Source of the DNA: Pseudobdellovibrionaceae bacterium
GTDB lineage: Bacteria; Bdellovibrionota; Bdellovibrionia; Bdellovibrionales; Bdellovibrionaceae
NCBI GenBank assembly: GCA_044359815.1
Contig: JBIKLL010000046.1
Coordinates: forward strand, 1-21,371
Direction: 5' to 3'
DNA length: 21,371 nucleotides
The position numbers were made by a program, and so were the translations under genes. The notes under the pieces were generated by a model, which had not been told where the DNA came from, did not search any database, and was given only the letters and a program-made list of their open reading frames with translations. This document shows positions 16,263 to 21,371 of the stretch, in pieces; position 1 is the stretch's first letter, and each line of letters opens with the position of its first letter.

Positions 16263-17387
16263 TTAAAACAGGTACCGGCGGTAAGCCACGCTGCTAACAA
16301 TCCCCAATCCTACCATCGTCGTCAGCATGCTGGAGCCACCGTATGACAGCAATGGCAGAGGGACCCCCACAATGGGTAATAATCCAATCACCATCCCGAT
16401 GTTTACAAACATATGCCAGAAGATATAACAAATCACACCCACACAGCACAGTGATCCAAATTTATCACGGGCGCTGCTGGCAATCCTGATACCCACTAAA
16501 AACAAAATACAAAACAATCCCAGGGTCGTTAGGCTTCCAATAAATCCATGCTCCTCTGACAATACGCTAAAAATAAAATCAGTGTGACGTTCTGGTAAAA
16601 ACTCAAGCTGACTCTGGGTGCCTTTTCGAAATCCTTTGCCTACAAACATCCCACTGCCCACCGCGATTTTTGATTGGATCGAATTATACCCTGTACCCTT
16701 GGGGTCATTGGCGGGTGATAGAAAATTGGTGATTCGGGCTTTTTGATAATCCCTAAGGGCATACTTCCAAGCTATGGGGGCTGCAACCACTCCCAAAATA
16801 ATCACTGTCATCAGGATTGAGCGGCGGACTTTTACAAACAAAATCATTGAACCGCCAATGGCCAATAACATCATGGCAGTTCCCAGATCCGGTTGTTCAA
16901 CCACCAAGATAAAGGGAAAAGACAATATCAACATAGGCACAAATAATTGCAGAATACCAAGGCCTCGAGTGGGTATAGTCATGGTTGAAAGGATTTTTGC
17001 CAAAATCAAAATCAGGCAAAGCTTCATGGTTTCAGAGGGCTGGTACCTAAAAAATCCCATGTCAATCCATCGTTGGGCACCTAAGGCTATGGTTCCAAAA
17101 AAGGTAACCCACAAAATCGCTCCCAGGTTGAGCAGAAAAAACACCCAGGCAAGTCTGCTTAAAATATTGTAATCCAAAATCGTAATTATAAAAAACAAAC
17201 TCCAACCCGTTGTCAGCCAAATGATTTGATTCAGAAACAGGCCTTCGACCTCGGTGGACTGCGGGCCGTGGGTGGCACTGAACAGATTGATCAATCCCAC
17301 AATGTTTAGGGACAATATTACCACGACAAAATTCCAATCAATTTTTCGAAAGGCCGTTCGTTCTTCGACATTAATGGCAAGATTCAT
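16263..17387 (-). CDS. rodA: Rod shape-determining SEDS glycosyltransferase RodA
   Basis: GAQRWI, QPSE..K, QPDLGTA, YQKARI, LPERHTDFIF and PLPLLSYGGSS motifs; TAATG coupling to mrdA. Confidence 0.96.
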   Translation of the reverse strand: MNLAINVEERTAFRKIDWNFVVVILSLNIVGLINLFSATHGPQSTEVEGLFLNQIIWLTTGWSLFFIITILDYNILSRLAWVFFLLNLGAILWVTFFGTIALGAQRWIDMGFFRYQPSETMKLCLILILAKILSTMTIPTRGLGILQLFVPMLILSFPFILVVEQPDLGTAMMLLAIGGSMILFVKVRRSILMTVIILGVVAAPIAWKYALRDYQKARITNFLSPANDPKGTGYNSIQSKIAVGSGMFVGKGFRKGTQSQLEFLPERHTDFIFSVLSEEHGFIGSLTTLGLFCILFLVGIRIASSARDKFGSLCCVGVICYIFWHMFVNIGMVIGLLPIVGVPLPLLSYGGSSMLTTMVGLGIVSSVAYRRYLF

Positions 17388-19387
17388 TATTCACCCTCTA
17401 TTACTTGAGGAGGCTCCTCGGGTTTAGGTGCAGATTTGGCCCACTTTTTACGTTCTTTTTCTTTCTCGATAGCGACCATCATTTCTTCTTTGTGGTATTT
17501 TTCAAAATAAGCTTTCATGGTGTCTCGGACCAAGGGACCTGCGCCCGTACTGCCGTGACACGAATGTTCCGCTAATGCGGCCACGGTGATTTCGGGTTTG
17601 TCAGCAGGTGCCCATGCAACAAACCACCCATGGTGTCGTTTGTGTATGGGTTGATTTTCGCATTTTGCATAAATCTCAGCTGCCGAAAATCCCATGACCT
17701 GAGAAGTTCCGGTTTTACCAGCGATTTCAAATCCAGGGGTTTTTAAAAATTTGGCCGTTCCTCTTTCGCCATGGACAACTCTTCTTAAAGCTTCTTTTAC
17801 AGTTTTAAATGTGCTTGGGGAAACTTTGATTCCGTTAGGCTGAGTTTCATTTAAATCTCGAACCAATGTTGTCCCGCCCTCGTACAGGGTTTTTCCATCG
17901 TTATCGATTAATTTTTTGACTATATAAGGCTTGATCACTTTGCCTTCTGTCCCAATGGCATTGTAAGCAACGGCCATTTGCAAAGGTGTTGATTGAACGA
18001 AACCTTGTCCAATGGCTACGCTCAGGTTTTCACCGGGTTGCCAGTCCTCACCAATGGCGGATTTTTTCCAAGCAGCGCTGGGCATGGTGCCCGCAACTTC
18101 GCGAGGCAGCTCAATCCCTGACTTAGTGCCCAACCCAAACATCGAAATGTAATTGTGCATGCGATCAATGCCCAGTGAAATTCCCATCTTATAAAAAAAC
18201 ACGTTACTGGATCTTTCCAGAGCCTCAAAGACAGTGATGTTTCCCTGTCCGCCCCTGACGTGATCGTGGTAATACCTGTTACCAAACCACAATTGACCAG
18301 GGCAGTTCACGTAGGTGTGGGGAGTGACGATTTTTTCCTCCAAGGCAGCAATGGCCATAAGGCTTTTAAAGGTTGAGCCTGGCGAAAAATGATCTTGAAT
18401 GACCTTATTGCGTAGGGGCTTGAAAGGATCATTGATCAGTTGGCTCCACAACTGAGTCGAAATCCCTGTCGAAAATTCATTGGGATCATAGGAAGGCGAG
18501 CTGATCCAAGCTAAAACTTCGCCGTTGGTTTTCATTGCCACCAAGGCCCCAATACGTTGGTTGGTTTTAAAGGACTCACTGGCTGCAGTCTGTACATCTT
18601 TATCAATGGTTAAAACCAAAGTTCGTCCAGGGATGGGGTCTTTGTCAGTTATGTTTTCACCATAGATATTTTGTGTGGCGCTGTTGATTTCGCGGCCAAA
18701 GGCGTCCACTTGGATAAACTGAATTCCATTTTGTCCTCGTAAATCGCGCTCTAGGATCTCTTCAATCCCGGTCTTGCCCACGATGTCACCTTGTTCAAAG
18801 GTAATGTCTTTGAAAATCTGATTATACAGTGGGATTTGTTTTTTTGAAATTTCCGCCACATATCCCAGCATCTGAGATCCGCTTTCTTTGAGCGGGTAGT
18901 TTCGCAGTACAGTTTCCCTGATATCCAATCCTGGAATTTCCAGACGTAATCTTTTTAATCTGTAAACTTCCTCGCGGGACAGATTTTCCTTAAGCTTAAT
19001 CGGAGCGAAAGGACCATTTTGTTTTTTGCTTTTTGCAATAGTTGCTTGCAGTTTGTTGGGCTCGGTGCCAAGCAAAGGAGCTACAACTTTTACCAAGCCC
19101 TCAGTTTCTTTGACGTACTGAGGGGAGATAACAGCTTCAAAGCCAGGTCTGTTTTCAATCAGAGTGTTCCCATCGCGATCTAAAACCATTCCTCGGGGAG
19201 CCATGATTTTAACCTGCTTGATACGGTTTTTTTCCGAGAAATCTCTGAGCTCTGATCCCTGGATGACTTGCAAAAGCCACAATCTGACTGTGAACAATCC
19301 CAACGTCAGTCCGACCACGACATAAAATAATCTGAATCGGGGAGTGAATTCTTTGACCTCATCGGGATTCGAAATGTAATCAGCCAT
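17387..19387 (-). CDS. mrdA: Penicillin-binding protein 2
   Basis: N-terminal TM, APRG.V.DRDG, LRNYP and GKTGIE; transpeptidase motifs STFK, SSN and KTG; lies between mreD and rodA. Confidence 0.96.
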   Translation of the reverse strand: MADYISNPDEVKEFTPRFRLFYVVVGLTLGLFTVRLWLLQVIQGSELRDFSEKNRIKQVKIMAPRGMVLDRDGNTLIENRPGFEAVISPQYVKETEGLVKVVAPLLGTEPNKLQATIAKSKKQNGPFAPIKLKENLSREEVYRLKRLRLEIPGLDIRETVLRNYPLKESGSQMLGYVAEISKKQIPLYNQIFKDITFEQGDIVGKTGIEEILERDLRGQNGIQFIQVDAFGREINSATQNIYGENITDKDPIPGRTLVLTIDKDVQTAASESFKTNQRIGALVAMKTNGEVLAWISSPSYDPNEFSTGISTQLWSQLINDPFKPLRNKVIQDHFSPGSTFKSLMAIAALEEKIVTPHTYVNCPGQLWFGNRYYHDHVRGGQGNITVFEALERSSNVFFYKMGISLGIDRMHNYISMFGLGTKSGIELPREVAGTMPSAAWKKSAIGEDWQPGENLSVAIGQGFVQSTPLQMAVAYNAIGTEGKVIKPYIVKKLIDNDGKTLYEGGTTLVRDLNETQPNGIKVSPSTFKTVKEALRRVVHGERGTAKFLKTPGFEIAGKTGTSQVMGFSAAEIYAKCENQPIHKRHHGWFVAWAPADKPEITVAALAEHSCHGSTGAGPLVRDTMKAYFEKYHKEEMMVAIEKEKERKKWAKSAPKPEEPPQVIEGE

Positions 19388-19919
19388 CGAAGCTCACCGC
19401 GTCTCTTTCACGCCCATAATCAGGGCTCATCCACTGGTCCACAAATTTTAAAACAAAATATATCGGTGCGGCAAAGGCAGTGGTCAAAATGATTTCACTG
19501 AATCTGGTTCCTAAAATTGCGGGTGAACTGATTGCAAAAATCCATCCATAAAGAGGTTCTAAAATATTTTTTAAAACAACAGCTCCAAAAACTGTCATGG
19601 TAAAATACCGCCAATCATCCCAATACACACGGTTTTTAATGATCAGAATTGTGCCTGTGATTGCAGCGATGAGCAGCCAAACAAATCCCACAGGGATAAC
19701 GGAAAAACTGTGGACAATAATTCCGAACAAATAGCCTTCAATAAACGCAGACAGGCGTTCGCGATTCAGAGCCGTGAAAACAATGACCATCAGCCACAGA
19801 TTAGGCGACACACTGATTTGCAGTAATTGGTACCATGCTGTTGTTTGAAACGCACAAAAAAACAGGGTCAACAAACAGAAGACAAAGATTTTTTTCCAGG
19901 CGATTTTTTTTAAAAACAT
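19380..19919 (-). CDS. mreD: Rod shape-determining protein MreD
   Basis: 179-aa polytopic membrane protein with SPNL motif, located between mreC and mrdA. Confidence 0.75.
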   Translation of the reverse strand: MFLKKIAWKKIFVFCLLTLFFCAFQTTAWYQLLQISVSPNLWLMVIVFTALNRERLSAFIEGYLFGIIVHSFSVIPVGFVWLLIAAITGTILIIKNRVYWDDWRYFTMTVFGAVVLKNILEPLYGWIFAISSPAILGTRFSEIILTTAFAAPIYFVLKFVDQWMSPDYGRERDAVSFDG

Positions 19920-19922
19920 GTT

Positions 19923-20774
19923 TTACTGACTCATTGTTAAAATTGAAGTTAAGTCCTGTTCCTTGGCGTTCAGAATTACAAAAACTTCTTCCAGTTTGTT
20001 GGGATCTACAACGGGCTTCAGCTCTACACGCAGTGATACGGTGTAAGCTTTGTTTTCAACCTTGCTGATGATTGCGATGGGAAAACCTTTGGGAAAAATG
20101 TTGTCCAAGCCGCTAGTGACAATCAAGTCACCTTCACGAATGTCTTCTGATTTTTCCACGTGACGAAAAACTAAATTGTCAGAAGATTTTCCCTCAACCA
20201 GGCCTCGGGCGCGGCTGCGTTGATCCACTCCGTCGATCACTGAATATCGGTCGCCAATCAACAAAACATGTGAGGTGTTGGTTTGAGGTCTAAAGATATG
20301 ACCAACAACGCCTTCGGTGGTGATGACGGCCATGCCTTTTTGCAAACCATGGGCAGTGCCTTTGTTAATTTGAATTGTTTTGTGTTCAGAAATAATGTCG
20401 CGACTCATGATTCTGGCAGCCACCATTTCCATTTTGCTTTTTTCTTGAAAGTCCAACAACTTGGCCATTCGATTGAGTTCGTTTTCCAGTTCGCCGAACT
20501 GGCTCATTTTAGTCAGCAAGGCTTGGTTTTGCTGTCTGAGATCTTCAATTTCCCGCTTTATATTAAGAAGATTTAAATATTGAGATACCGTGTCTTTGAC
20601 ACCCACGCTGAATCCAAAAAAACTTTGCTGCACGACACTGGCTAAAAAATAAAAAGGTCTGTCGTACCAGCTGGTATTCAGAGGTGATTGCTGCGTGTTA
20701 ATTGAAATCAGCGGCAATGATAAAAGCACAGCGATAACAATTATTTTTTTGATGTTTATATTTAAAAAATTCAA
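19923..20774 (-). CDS. mreC: Rod shape-determining protein MreC
   Basis: TM, coiled coil (ENELNRMAKLL), INKGTAHG, GVVG, GDLIVTSGLDNIFPKGFPI and LEEVFVI motifs. Start placed at TTG 20774 after GGGGGAAGGG (ORF track 20852). Confidence 0.93.
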   Translation of the reverse strand: MNFLNINIKKIIVIAVLLSLPLISINTQQSPLNTSWYDRPFYFLASVVQQSFFGFSVGVKDTVSQYLNLLNIKREIEDLRQQNQALLTKMSQFGELENELNRMAKLLDFQEKSKMEMVAARIMSRDIISEHKTIQINKGTAHGLQKGMAVITTEGVVGHIFRPQTNTSHVLLIGDRYSVIDGVDQRSRARGLVEGKSSDNLVFRHVEKSEDIREGDLIVTSGLDNIFPKGFPIAIISKVENKAYTVSLRVELKPVVDPNKLEEVFVILNAKEQDLTSILTMSQ

Positions 20775-20910
20775 GCCCTTCCCCCAAGCAATAAGGCTAT
20801 CAAAAACAAATGTTAATTCCAATAAACTCCTTGAAAAAACTAGCCCAGTCAAAGCATACTCAAACTTTAAAAATCAGAGGGGTTTGCTCCCTCCAAAAAA
20901 AAGGGTTTGT

Positions 20911-21371
20911 ATGCTGGAAAAAATAAGTGCTGAAAATTTAAAAAAACAAATGACTTCTGGAAAATTCACAGTGAAAAGTTTTGTCTCGATGGCGATTTTC
21001 ACTGCCATAATTTTGGTTTTTGTTTTTTTCGGTTTCCCCTCTCAAAATGATAACAGTTTTGGAGTGGGCTATGCAGCAACGGTGAACAATGCCCTGATTT
21101 CGATCAATGATTTTAAGGGCGAATCTGCCAGAATCGAACAAATGTATGCGCCTCTGTTTGGATCTATGGGCGGAGCGATGGCTGAAACTCAGCGTCAATT
21201 TTTAAAGCAGCAAGCTTTGGACAATTTGATTAATCGCGAGTTGCTTTCACAGGCTGCGCAAAAGGAAAAAGTCTATTCAACTGATGAAGAAATTCGCACA
21301 TTGATCATCAACGAGATTCCAGCTTTTCAAAGGGATGGTCGCTTTCAACGCGAAATCTATGATCAGCTTTT
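20911..21371 (+). CDS. SurA N-terminal domain protein, PpiD-like; 3'-partial (not in ORF track)
   Basis: Manual translation MLEKISAENLKKQ...IILVFVFFGFP...AATVNNALIS...QQALDNLINRELLSQAA...STDEEIR...PAFQRDGRF; runs off the window end. Confidence 0.85.
   Translation, partial: MLEKISAENLKKQMTSGKFTVKSFVSMAIFTAIILVFVFFGFPSQNDNSFGVGYAATVNNALISINDFKGESARIEQMYAPLFGSMGGAMAETQRQFLKQQALDNLINRELLSQAAQKEKVYSTDEEIRTLIINEIPAFQRDGRFQREIYDQL

Noticed and set aside
1416..21198. Remaining short ORFs nested in or antisense to confident genes (e.g. 1416-1841, 2065-2439, 3199-3459, 16774-17172, 20938-21198)
   Set aside because: Overlap well-supported CDSs and show no recognisable motifs.
1..21371. tRNA, rRNA, transposase or prophage genes
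   Set aside because: None recognised by eye in any intergenic region or ORF.

Overview
Chromosomal window, most likely from a Bdellovibrionota-type bacterium (inferred from the FQNC-type lipoprotein signal, the large C-terminal-HNH protein and the gene order). It holds mostly envelope and housekeeping genes (lpxC, ald, lptF, trxA, mreC-mreD-mrdA-rodA, ppiD-like) and a DNA-uptake cluster (split comEC divergent from cpoB-like, tsaP-like LysM and dprA genes). The most interesting signals are non-coding. (1) Two related 325-365 bp palindromic elements (about 6303-6667 and 14819-15143) have locus-specific, co-varying outer arms around a near-invariant core. The first copy has a permuted S-A-B-C-D-D'-A'-B'-C'-S' layout, formally two four-way junctions. 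(2) A candidate stand-alone ~65-nt sRNA after dprA has its own sigma70-like promoter and two GGA-loop hairpins typical of CsrA/RsmA binding sites. (3) An HNH gene is followed by stacked, mostly synonymously diverged copies of its own 3' end and carries a perfect 20-bp palindrome inside its coding linker. All calls were made by eye, with no database searches.
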